In this document: one piece after another, positions 9,344 through 16,911 of the stretch | Layout: every line of letters begins with the position of its first letter | Position numbering within the stretch: the first letter of the stretch is position 1 | Assembly (NCBI GenBank): GCA_958448705.1 | Contig: CAUDEY010000008.1 | Coordinates: 7,323 to 71,322 of the forward strand | Direction: 5' to 3' | Origin: an uncultured Clostridia bacterium | GTDB taxonomy: Bacteria > Bacillota > Clostridia > Christensenellales > QALW01 | Length of the DNA stretch: 64,000 nucleotides | Notes under the pieces: model-generated | The model's database searches: none | What the model saw: the letters and a program-made list of their open reading frames with translations, nothing else | What the model was told of the DNA's origin: nothing | Program-made: the position numbers and the translations under genes

Positions 9344-10447
9344 TTATTTCATTTCATTATTAATGCGCTCCAAGCGTTCTTGTATAGATAATTTTTTTAG
9401 TTCTTCATATTCTTTTTCTAAATCGACACGCTTATACTCATCTGTAAATAACGGCATCAATCTCTTTGCAACAAGACGTACTCCTTCAGGAGGAACAGCA
9501 TTGCCAATTTGCCTGCGTACCTCTGTAATATTGCCTGCAAATACGAAATCATCGGGGAAAGATTGTAATCTCGCTCTTTCTCTGTTTGTAAGAGGACGAG
9601 GCTCTGGATAATGATATCCCCATGTTCCGCCACCGCCGGCAGCAATAATTGTTTTTGCAGGTTCATTTCTGTTTATACGGCGGTAAACGTGACTTATCAT
9701 ACCTTTGACATATAACGGACTGTCTTTAGGTATATCAGTAAAATTGCCCCCCTCCGGAATTAATTCTAACATTTGACGTGTTTTTTCTTTGCAACCCAAT
9801 GGCTCATTGTTAAAAGGTACTTTCTCAACATCCTTAAGTGCTTCGCCTGCGGTGAAATATGGTTTATTTGTACTTGGACCGCATATTGGTTTTGGATGTA
9901 CAAAATTAAAACCTGTGTCTTTTCGTATTCCGACTATCAAAACTCGTTCTCTAAATTGAGGTACACCATATTCTGCAAAATTGTACAAATGCGGCTTAAC
10001 AATATATCCGGGTGCAATTGTTTCGAAATCCTTGATAATCACATCGATAGCTTTTCCTTTGTTTGCAGTAAGCAATCCTTTAACATTTTCTGCAACAAAA
10101 GCCTTCGGCTTTTTTGCATCAACAAACTCCGCAAAATGTCGGAACAAACCGCCGCGTTTTCCATTTAACCCGGGTTGTTTCCATATAATTGAAAAGTCTT
10201 GACACGGAAAACCTCCTAAAACCAGATCGCATTCGGGGATATCTTTGTCTTGGTATGGGTTGATTTGAGTAATATCTCCGTGAACAATTACATTTCCGAA
10301 ATAATTTGCAAATGATTGACAAGCCCATTCAGAAAAATCATTTGCCCATACTGTATCATATCCTTCTAAATGAAATCCAAGGTCTAACCCTCCGCAGCCG
10401 GAAAACAAAGAAATAACTTTGGGCTTATTATTGTTGCTTATAACCAT
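9344..10447 (-). CDS. DNA (cytosine-5)-methyltransferase
   Basis: Motif I is LFSGCGGLDLGF. Motif IV is GGFPCQDFS. Motif VI is ENVKGL. Motif VIII is QFRERV. Motif X is GNAVPP. Confidence 0.95.
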   Translation of the reverse strand: MVISNNNKPKVISLFSGCGGLDLGFHLEGYDTVWANDFSEWACQSFANYFGNVIVHGDITQINPYQDKDIPECDLVLGGFPCQDFSIIWKQPGLNGKRGGLFRHFAEFVDAKKPKAFVAENVKGLLTANKGKAIDVIIKDFETIAPGYIVKPHLYNFAEYGVPQFRERVLIVGIRKDTGFNFVHPKPICGPSTNKPYFTAGEALKDVEKVPFNNEPLGCKEKTRQMLELIPEGGNFTDIPKDSPLYVKGMISHVYRRINRNEPAKTIIAAGGGGTWGYHYPEPRPLTNRERARLQSFPDDFVFAGNITEVRRQIGNAVPPEGVRLVAKRLMPLFTDEYKRVDLEKEYEELKKLSIQERLERINNEMK

Positions 10448-10871
10448 TTGAAATACCTCTTTCTGCTTGTAAAGACCTTTCTATTAACTCGATACATCTA
10501 TCAGTTTCTTTTAATATTTCAGTTTCCCAAAATCTAAGAACAATCCAGCCTTGTTCTTCTAAAGTCTGAGTCACTTCTATATCACGTTCTATGTTACGCT
10601 TGATTTTTTGTTTCCAATATGAAGAATTTGTTCCTATTCGATCAACGCAAGCGTGATAATCTTTTCCGTGCCAAAATTCACTATCGCAAAATACAGCTAC
10701 TCTTTTACTGATAAAAACTATATCTGGTTTGCCGATAAGTTTTTTGTAGTTTTTTCTATACCTATATCCTTTTGCCCATAGCGCTTTTCGTAGAACAACT
10801 TCGATTTTACTATCTTTTGACCGAATTGCTTGCATATTCTTTTTTCTCTGCTCAGGAGTGTGATTATCCAT
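10428..10871 (-). CDS. vsr: Very-short-patch repair endonuclease
   Basis: MDNHTPEQRKKNMQAIRSKDSKIE...KPDIVFISKRVAVFCDSEFWHGKDY is the Vsr signature. The ATG at 10871 follows AAGGGGTGA. The gene overlaps the MTase start by 20 nt. Confidence 0.9.
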   Translation of the reverse strand: MDNHTPEQRKKNMQAIRSKDSKIEVVLRKALWAKGYRYRKNYKKLIGKPDIVFISKRVAVFCDSEFWHGKDYHACVDRIGTNSSYWKQKIKRNIERDIEVTQTLEEQGWIVLRFWETEILKETDRCIELIERSLQAERGISNGYKQQ

Positions 10872-10931
10872 ATTAATCACCCCTTTGTATTAACTATGAT
10901 ATCACAATTGTTGTCCAATAAAACGAACTTA

Positions 10932-11798
10932 CTATATTTTAGAAAAATATTCTTCATCAATTTCATAATCTTTTATCTCTCTTACACCGATACCATATTC
11001 AGCCAACTTAGTCATAAACTCTTCACCGTCAATTAAATCTATTTGCTGTTTTCCGGGATTGCTAGCTTCTTCGATAGCTGGCTTAGAAAAAGATCCTGTT
11101 GTTATAAAAACTCCTTTTTCAATATCAGTTGTCAGAGAACCGCGAAAATCTCTTATCTCGGCAGCACCAACAGAACCTTGATAACGCTTGCACTGAAACG
11201 CTATATTAAAACTAAAAATACCGTTAATTCTTAATTTTCCAGTTCCGTCAATGCCTCCGTCTCCAGATTTTTTAGTAACATGTACATCATCAAAACCACA
11301 TTCTCTTAAGAGTCTTTGAGAAAGTTTTTCAAATGAATATGGATTCATTTTTATTAATATTTCATATAATTTTTTTCGCCACGGTTTAATTTCATCAGGT
11401 AAATCCAAGCCGCTATTTTCGAGTTGATCATCTGAAATTTCCGGAAAACTATTAGGCCTGGCTCTTTGATGAAAATTTTTTTGAATATATAAACCGTCAA
11501 CAGACTTTTTATTTGAAAAATTTGGTGTTATTGTCCAAACACTTCTTGCACTATTGGCAATCGCACCATAGTTTTTTAACAGTGTTCTAGCCCATGCTAA
11601 TCTATAATGAATTTCAGACAAACTTGTACTGTTTAGGTGAGGAATATCTAAAATTTCATCTGACAATTTTAAGCCTGAAACTGCCTTTGCGTTGATTTCA
11701 TCGTTTTTCCCCGAACCTCCAAGTTCTCTTAGCGCAACGTATGTTGCCTCCACAAGCTGAGCATATGTCGGCATCTGTACATTTTCGTTTTGTTTCAT
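10932..11798 (-). CDS. mrr: Mrr-family type IV (modification-dependent) restriction endonuclease
   Basis: The N-terminal Mrr_N-like wHTH is MPTYAQLVEATYVALRELGGSG. The C-terminal PD-(D/E)xK core is SGDGGIDGTG...FQCKRYQGSVGAAEIRDFRG. The start is coupled to the XRE stop (TAAATG). Confidence 0.85.
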   Translation of the reverse strand: MKQNENVQMPTYAQLVEATYVALRELGGSGKNDEINAKAVSGLKLSDEILDIPHLNSTSLSEIHYRLAWARTLLKNYGAIANSARSVWTITPNFSNKKSVDGLYIQKNFHQRARPNSFPEISDDQLENSGLDLPDEIKPWRKKLYEILIKMNPYSFEKLSQRLLRECGFDDVHVTKKSGDGGIDGTGKLRINGIFSFNIAFQCKRYQGSVGAAEIRDFRGSLTTDIEKGVFITTGSFSKPAIEEASNPGKQQIDLIDGEEFMTKLAEYGIGVREIKDYEIDEEYFSKI

Positions 11799-12026
11799 TT
11801 ACAACTGCCTCTCAATATTTTCGTCTGAAACAATTTCTACGATATCATCCATCGTACAATCAAGAGCCGTACATATCTTCACAAGAACATCGCTGGAGAT
11901 ACTAGCGCCGTCTTTGCCCATTTTAGTGATTGTGGCAATGCTGATGCCAGCTTTTTCGGCGAGTTCTTTCTTTTTCATATCGCGGTCGATCAAAAGCTTG
12001 AACAATTTTTTATAGCTTGCGGCCAT
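11799..12026 (-). CDS. XRE/Cro-C1 family HTH regulator (possible controller protein)
   Basis: 75 aa. KKKELAEKAGISIATITKMGKDGASISSDVLVKICTALDCTMDDIVE is the classic HTH_3 pattern. It is the first gene of the operon. Confidence 0.85.
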   Translation of the reverse strand: MAASYKKLFKLLIDRDMKKKELAEKAGISIATITKMGKDGASISSDVLVKICTALDCTMDDIVEIVSDENIERQL

Positions 12027-12078
12027 TTTATTACACCTCGTAAGTAGTTATAGTCAGTGCATTATATCACTAATCCAC

Positions 12079-12107
12079 ATTATACCACACTGCGTGCCAA
12101 ATAGCAA
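12079..12107 (-). promoter_or_regulatory. Sigma-70-type promoter for the XRE-Mrr-RM operon
   Basis: On the minus strand: TTGCTA, a 17-nt spacer, then TATAAT, upstream of a GAGGTG RBS and the ATG at 12026. Confidence 0.5.
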
Positions 12108-12195
12108 CAGCTTTCGGCAGAGAAATACTGCAATTTCAGCATTTGTCGACTTTTCGTTGCAAAGTTTCTGCTTTGTTTTATATGTCGTAAAATAT

Positions 12196-12213
12196 TTTGT
12201 TTACTGCAGCGCA
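12196..12213 (+). repeat. 18-bp direct repeat, copy 1 (TTTGTTTACTGCAGCGCA)
   Basis: Matches 15248-15265 at 17 of 18 positions. It lies between the divergent promoters. Confidence 0.7.
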
Positions 12214-12238
12214 TCTCAAACACTATTACGGGGACGCA

Positions 12239-12267
12239 TTGAAACACCGAGAAAAATATAGTATAAT
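12239..12267 (+). promoter_or_regulatory. Sigma-70-type promoter for the 940-aa helicase gene
   Basis: TTGAAA (12239-12244), a 17-nt spacer, then TATAAT (12262-12267). RBS AGAGGTG lies 7 nt before the ATG at 12335. Confidence 0.55.
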
Positions 12268-12334
12268 GAATGCAAACAATTACCAAAATCCCACAGCCTA
12301 TATAGGATCATATGAAAGATAGAGGTGTAAAACC

Positions 12335-15157
12335 ATGATTTCAGAAATGTTAAAAGTAGATGAGGCAATTTATGAAAGTAACAAGATTATTTGCCGTCAA
12401 ATCAGTCGAATAGGCGAATCAACACGCGGAGAGATTTCCCAAGAAGTATTGGAATCATTACGACATTTTGTAGAACACATCATTCTCAAAGTATACGCAA
12501 ATGGCAGAGATATAGAAGACACACACGACAATCTTAAAATTGCAGTCAAATATGCAAAAAGCAATCCTAAATTAATACATATATCTCGTTTTCATCATTT
12601 CTTACAGGTATCTGCGTCACATAGAGCGTTAAAGGAAGAAAACGCAGAGAGACTTATGATAAAATATTACGAATACTTGCTACGCATCAAAAACTTTTTG
12701 CGCGACAATTATTCTATGGATGTGCTTCAAAATCTCGAGCAATTCCCCTTGAATATTGATGACGAGTTAGTTGAGTATTATGCCAAAATTGCAAATAAAG
12801 TCGATTCATACAGAACTCCTATACATGGAGAATTTCGCTATGACAGATTTTATGTGCAAAAAATCAAGCCGTTTTTTGCAAACAACAAAATATATTATGA
12901 AATAACATTTGTGTCGGCAAATGATAACGCAAGTAAAACAGATGGCATTATTGCTTTCACTGATATGGAAATAACCAGTTACTATGCGGTCAAATTTGCT
13001 ATCGCCAATGACAATGTTGAAATATTTGATAAGCATATGCCGATTCGCGTTATTGTAGATTGGGAGGTAAATATTCGTCCTTGCGAACTTACGAACTTCA
13101 ATAAAATATTGACAAACACCTCAAGAAGCTATGGACAAGCAGAACAACGAAACATCAACCGTTTTCTAACCCAAACAGGTTTTAGCTTATCAGAAATAAT
13201 TTTGTTTTCTGACGAATCCTATGCACATGTAAGAAATCAGCTTGTTCCACCAACAACAGCAACACACTTTTTTGATTGCCTTGACACATGCAGAGATATA
13301 ATTAAGCATAACTCTCCTGGAAGCAACATACTGCGCTACCTATTACATCACTTGAAAAATCGAATCCTCAAAAAGCAATACAAAGATCTTTGGGTACGCA
13401 ATTATCAAGATGGCAGTTGGAAACATATTGGTGCTAATATAAATCTTTCCAACCTTTATTTAGCAAACGAATGTATTCCGTTTGATGAAATGCCCTTCTG
13501 CTCCGGATTGAAAAACCATGTTCCAAGTCTTTCTGATTTGTTTGAGTGCCTGGATGCAACGGGCCGAGAACATGAAATACTAGCGTGGATCGTTCAAAAC
13601 AACACCGAAAAGAAAAACGTACTTTTTACACCGCTTGAAAAGAACGAGGGGGGCAGATACATACTTGGTCAATTTAATGATGTAGAAGCACTTATTTCTA
13701 CATACAATCAAAAACTATACAATTCATCCAAGCAACAACTTCGTAAGATGATAGTCAAATATGATCATCTATTTATCGAACACTACAAAGAAAATACCGT
13801 ATCAATTATTAACACAATTAAAAACCTAACGCAAAACGGCATTAATAACTATACTAACATGGTGAATTATTGGATGCAAACAACAAGCCCCGTACTTTGT
13901 GATGAAAAGCAAAACGCATTGCTTAATATGTTTTCTCAGTCCAAAGTAGCCCTTATTTATGGTTCAGCCGGCACAGGAAAAACATATTTGATAAACCACA
14001 TATCAAATTTGTTTTCAAGCAAGTCTAGGCTATACTTAGCACAAACCAATCCAGCTGTAAACAATTTAAGGAGAAAAGTCACGGCATCTTCAAATTGTAC
14101 ATTTATGACAATTTCAAAATTCATAAGCAAAAGATACACGGGAAAAACGACATTTGATATTTTGATAATTGACGAGTGTAGCACCGTAAATAACCATGAT
14201 ATGAAAGAAGTCCTTAATCGAGCCAATTTCGAGTTGCTTATATTGGTTGGAGATACATACCAGATCGAATCTATAGAGTTTGGGAACTGGTTTGATTCTG
14301 TACGGTTCTTTTTACCTAATTCATCTGTATGCGAATTAACAAAGCCATATAGGAGCGACAGCAAGGAATTGCTTAATGTTTGGACAGATGTCAGAGAAAT
14401 GAAGGGAGATATTTACGATCTTCTTCAGACCTATGGGTTCTCTGCCGTTTTGGATAAATCCATCTTTTCTCCTGCTGTACATAATGAAATAATTCTATGT
14501 CTTAATTACGGGGGATTGTATGGCATAAATAATATAAATCATTTTCTGCAAGAAAGTAACTCTGGCAAGGCGATATGGAGAGGAATTCAACGCTACAAAG
14601 TGGGAGACCCAATTTTGTTCAATGATGCAGCTGATAACTTTTTCACACGAACAGCTGACCAAATTCCAATTGTACACAATAACATGACTGGGCGTATTAT
14701 TGATTTCCAGTTGCTTAACGAAGGAAAAGCAAACGAAGGAATACAATTCGACATTGAAATTGAAAGACCTCTCATTGATATGGATACAAATGGCATGGAT
14801 TTTACCATTGTCAGCAATGCTCCAAACGGGAACTCTATAATACGTTTCGTTGTAAACAAAAATAAGACAACCGACGAAGATGACGATGGTTCGTCAAAAG
14901 CAATAGTTCCGTTCCAAATTGCTTATGCTGTATCGATCCACAAAGCTCAAGGCTTAGAATATGATTCGGTAAAAGTTATCATTACTGACGAAATAGATGA
15001 ATTGATAACTCATAGTATTTTCTATACCGCAATAACTCGCGCAAGAAAATCACTAAAAATCTACTGGTCTCAACCTGTCGAAGAAAAAGTATTATCTCAG
15101 ATTAAACCACAAGACCACAAGAAAGATGTATCTTTGCTAAAGCTCGAAATAACCTAA
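12335..15157 (+). CDS. Orphan 940-aa protein: unassignable N-terminal ~530 aa plus C-terminal SF1B (Dda/RecD/AAA_30-UvrD_C_2 type) helicase
   Basis: Walker A is IYGSAGTGKTY (nt 13961-13984). Walker B is ILIIDECS. Motif III is LILVGDTYQIESI. The C-terminal motifs are AYAVSIHKAQGLEYDSV and FYTAITRARKSLKIYW. I can place nothing in residues 1-~530. Confidence 0.85.
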   Translation: MISEMLKVDEAIYESNKIICRQISRIGESTRGEISQEVLESLRHFVEHIILKVYANGRDIEDTHDNLKIAVKYAKSNPKLIHISRFHHFLQVSASHRALKEENAERLMIKYYEYLLRIKNFLRDNYSMDVLQNLEQFPLNIDDELVEYYAKIANKVDSYRTPIHGEFRYDRFYVQKIKPFFANNKIYYEITFVSANDNASKTDGIIAFTDMEITSYYAVKFAIANDNVEIFDKHMPIRVIVDWEVNIRPCELTNFNKILTNTSRSYGQAEQRNINRFLTQTGFSLSEIILFSDESYAHVRNQLVPPTTATHFFDCLDTCRDIIKHNSPGSNILRYLLHHLKNRILKKQYKDLWVRNYQDGSWKHIGANINLSNLYLANECIPFDEMPFCSGLKNHVPSLSDLFECLDATGREHEILAWIVQNNTEKKNVLFTPLEKNEGGRYILGQFNDVEALISTYNQKLYNSSKQQLRKMIVKYDHLFIEHYKENTVSIINTIKNLTQNGINNYTNMVNYWMQTTSPVLCDEKQNALLNMFSQSKVALIYGSAGTGKTYLINHISNLFSSKSRLYLAQTNPAVNNLRRKVTASSNCTFMTISKFISKRYTGKTTFDILIIDECSTVNNHDMKEVLNRANFELLILVGDTYQIESIEFGNWFDSVRFFLPNSSVCELTKPYRSDSKELLNVWTDVREMKGDIYDLLQTYGFSAVLDKSIFSPAVHNEIILCLNYGGLYGINNINHFLQESNSGKAIWRGIQRYKVGDPILFNDAADNFFTRTADQIPIVHNNMTGRIIDFQLLNEGKANEGIQFDIEIERPLIDMDTNGMDFTIVSNAPNGNSIIRFVVNKNKTTDEDDDGSSKAIVPFQIAYAVSIHKAQGLEYDSVKVIITDEIDELITHSIFYTAITRARKSLKIYWSQPVEEKVLSQIKPQDHKKDVSLLKLEIT

Positions 15158-15247
15158 TTATGAAATGCTGATTGCTGTTCATTGTGAACACGTTTCCAAC
15201 AATAAAAATACATTAACTACTTTCTCGATTTTTTCAACCCATTATTC

Positions 15248-15265
15248 TTTGTCTACTGCAGCGCA
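15248..15265 (+). repeat. 18-bp direct repeat, copy 2 (TTTGTCTACTGCAGCGCA)
   Basis: Lies 91 nt after the helicase stop. It matches copy 1 at 17 of 18 positions. Confidence 0.7.
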
Positions 15266-15527
15266 AAATTTGACTTGAATTCTGTGTCATTTTGAGTTAC
15301 AATATCAGCAGAAAAGAAAAATGCCTCTCGTTCATAAGCGGGAGGTGTTTACCGTATTATTCCGCAAAAACCCTGCTGACCACATAACTGACCACTTACC
15401 GTTTCGGAGTACTTGGAATATATGCAGAGAAGAGTGCCGAAGAGCATTGTTTTCGGAGCGGAAAGGGCTGAAAAAAGCCTATATAAGCAGAAAATGCCTT
15501 GCGATATCTCTTTGGGACCATCAGGCC

Positions 15528-15555
15528 GCAGGTTCGAACCCTGTCACTCCGACCA
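15528..15555 (+). pseudogene. tRNA 3'-end fragment (T-arm, acceptor 3' strand, ACCA); putative attR core
   Basis: GCAGG-TTCGAAC-CCTGT is a T-arm, followed by CACTCCG-A-CCA. The sequence 5' of it does not fold into D or anticodon arms, so this is a fragment rather than a gene. Confidence 0.6.
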
Positions 15556-15556
15556 C

Positions 15557-15594
15557 GTCGCCGCAAGCTGCATATCGCTTGCGGCGACTTTTTT
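15557..15594 (+). terminator. Rho-independent terminator directly after the tRNA fragment
   Basis: Perfect 12-bp stem GTCGCCGCAAGC / GCTTGCGGCGAC, an 8-nt loop, then TTTTTT. Confidence 0.85.
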
Positions 15595-15739
15595 ACAAAA
15601 GCGCTCATTTCGCAGCGTCTCCTTTTCGCTGCTCGCTTGTAAACGCGCTTTTAACGGTTTCGCTTGCTACCAACCTTTTGCAGGTGTATGTCTATTAATT
15701 TTTTCGATGGCATCTTTTTTATAACTTCTTTACATTTCT

Positions 15740-15780
15740 AAGCGATTTCAGTATTTTTTACTGCAATCGCTTATTTTTTT
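15740..15780 (+). terminator. Second terminator-like hairpin
   Basis: AAGCGATT (15740-15747) pairs with AATCGCTT (15765-15772) across a 17-nt loop, followed by ATTTTTTT. Confidence 0.45.
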
Positions 15781-15791
15781 CAGAATGAGTA

Positions 15792-15819
15792 TTGACAAAT
15801 AAAATTTTTCTGATATAAC
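15792..15819 (+). promoter_or_regulatory. Near-consensus promoter of the nucleotidyltransferase gene
   Basis: TTGACA (15792-15797), a 16-nt spacer, then an extended -10 TGATATAAC (15811-15819). AGGAGA RBS precedes the ATG at 15885. Confidence 0.6.
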
Positions 15820-15884
15820 TTAACGATTTAGTTCTGCAGGACTGAATGGTTGGTTTGGGAAATAATTTTTAGGAGATAAACATA

Positions 15885-16517
15885 ATGCATGATTTCAGGT
15901 ATGTAACAAAAAACGAGGCAAAACCTATAAAGAAAGAACTATATCAAATTCTTTACGAGGCGCAGGATTTAGTAAGAGATAAGTTTACTTTTAGTTTTAC
16001 ACCGATCGGTAGTTCAAGCCATAACATGATAACCTATGATGTAAAATCAAATATCGGTTTTGATTTTGATATCAACATTGAGGTCAATGACGATAATGAG
16101 GATTTCGAGCTGAAAGAAATACGGACGATAATCCGTACTGCTATTGACCGTATTGCGTCTCGCTATGGATACAGGTTTTGCGAAGATTCCACAAGAGTAC
16201 TGACCATTAAGAAAGTCAACACTTTTACTTCTCATATTATTCATAGCTGCGATTTTGCAATAGTGTATAACTGCGCTGATGGCAGACAACAGTATATTCG
16301 GTTCAATAAAGATAACAACTATTATTCTTGGGAATATCAGGGCAAAGGTTTTGCTGATCTGAATAAAAAAATGTACTGGCTGAAAAAGAACGGGTTATGG
16401 GGAAATTTGCAGGATTATTATATCGAAAAGAAAAACGCAAATCCGGACAAGCACTCTCGCTCAATTTTTGCGGAGTCAATAAATGAAATGTGTCAGAAAA
16501 ACGGCTATCGCAAATAG
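15885..16517 (+). CDS. Minimal Pol-beta-fold nucleotidyltransferase (210 aa), family unassigned
   Basis: PIGSSSHNMITYDVKSNIGFDFDINIEV fits the hG[GS]-x(9-13)-DhDh NTase signature. A candidate third acidic residue sits in HSCDFAIVY. The helical C-terminal part is ..KKMYWLKKNGLWGNLQDYYIEKKN.. Confidence 0.65.
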   Translation: MHDFRYVTKNEAKPIKKELYQILYEAQDLVRDKFTFSFTPIGSSSHNMITYDVKSNIGFDFDINIEVNDDNEDFELKEIRTIIRTAIDRIASRYGYRFCEDSTRVLTIKKVNTFTSHIIHSCDFAIVYNCADGRQQYIRFNKDNNYYSWEYQGKGFADLNKKMYWLKKNGLWGNLQDYYIEKKNANPDKHSRSIFAESINEMCQKNGYRK

Positions 16518-16523
16518 CCTATT

Positions 16524-16745
16524 CTTTCCTTCGTACAGATGATCGTTAATCATGGTGACACAGCCTGTCCCAGGTTTGCGTATTTTGGGCGTATACGGCT
16601 TGAATTCAATCTGAGAGGTATCTTTCTTTGTCGGCTCAATCGTCGGCATTTGGGGGTTTGTGCCGCCGATTTTGCGGCCTATCCGCACCGCTGCCTGCCT
16701 CTGCATTGTGTCGGTGATATGGCTGTAAATATTAAGCGTAGTGCA
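16524..16745 (-). pseudogene. Tyrosine-recombinase gene remnant
   Basis: Minus-strand translation gives ..TLNIYSHITDTMQRQAAVRIGRKIGG...KPGTGCVTMINDHLYEG. This combines a C-terminal ..Y.H.T..MQ box with an arm-type GTG....WEG-like motif. It is GC-richer than its flanks, and there is no start codon and no catalytic domain. Confidence 0.5.
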
Positions 16746-16911
16746 TGTTGATAGTGTGCATGTAGCGTATCAGAATTTAATCAAGAAAGGGATAAATATT
16801 GAAACGATTAAAAAGACGGATTGGGGTGGTGAGCAATTGATTTTACCAATAAATAATGATATAATTCATACGATTATTTTACGCGGTGATTGGAGAGTTG
16901 ATTTGTGTTAG
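16741..16911 (+). pseudogene. C-terminal fragment of a glyoxalase/VOC-family gene
   Basis: VHVDSVHVAYQNLIKKGINIETIKKTDWGGEQLILPINNDIIHTIIL resembles the last beta-alpha-beta-beta-beta unit of VOC proteins. An in-frame stop lies at 16726-16728 upstream, and the N-terminal half is missing. Confidence 0.35.

Larger units (their letters stand above)
1..15555. mobile_element. Integrative mobilisable genomic island carrying defence cargo (left end beyond window; right end at the tRNA fragment)
   Basis: The left side carries the recombinase, relaxase and Xis module. The cargo is RM, Mrr and the helicase. A displaced tRNA 3' end with its native terminator sits on the right. The intact tRNA is expected left of nt 1 and is not visible. 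Confidence 0.5.

Noticed and set aside
12080-12286. 68-aa minus-strand ORF in the divergent promoter region
   Set aside because: It overlaps both predicted promoters, has no RBS, and its translation is low-complexity. The region is better explained as regulatory DNA.
12461-12478. RHFVEH (R-x4-H) in the helicase N-terminus as a HEPN RNase motif
   Set aside because: The string fits the HEPN consensus. However, it sits at residues 43-48, too close to the N-terminus to be the usual last-helix position. A six-residue pattern is expected by chance. It is noted in the finding but not called as a domain.
15405-15555. Possible complete tRNA or tmRNA ending at the ACCA at 15555
   Set aside because: Candidate 5' acceptor strands (CGGAGTA at 15405, CGGAGCG at 15455) would give RNAs of 151 or 101 nt. 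Those RNAs would have no D-arm (no conserved GG) and no foldable anticodon arm. No GGGG...tmRNA 5' end or tag-coding frame is visible. I treat it as a 3' fragment only.
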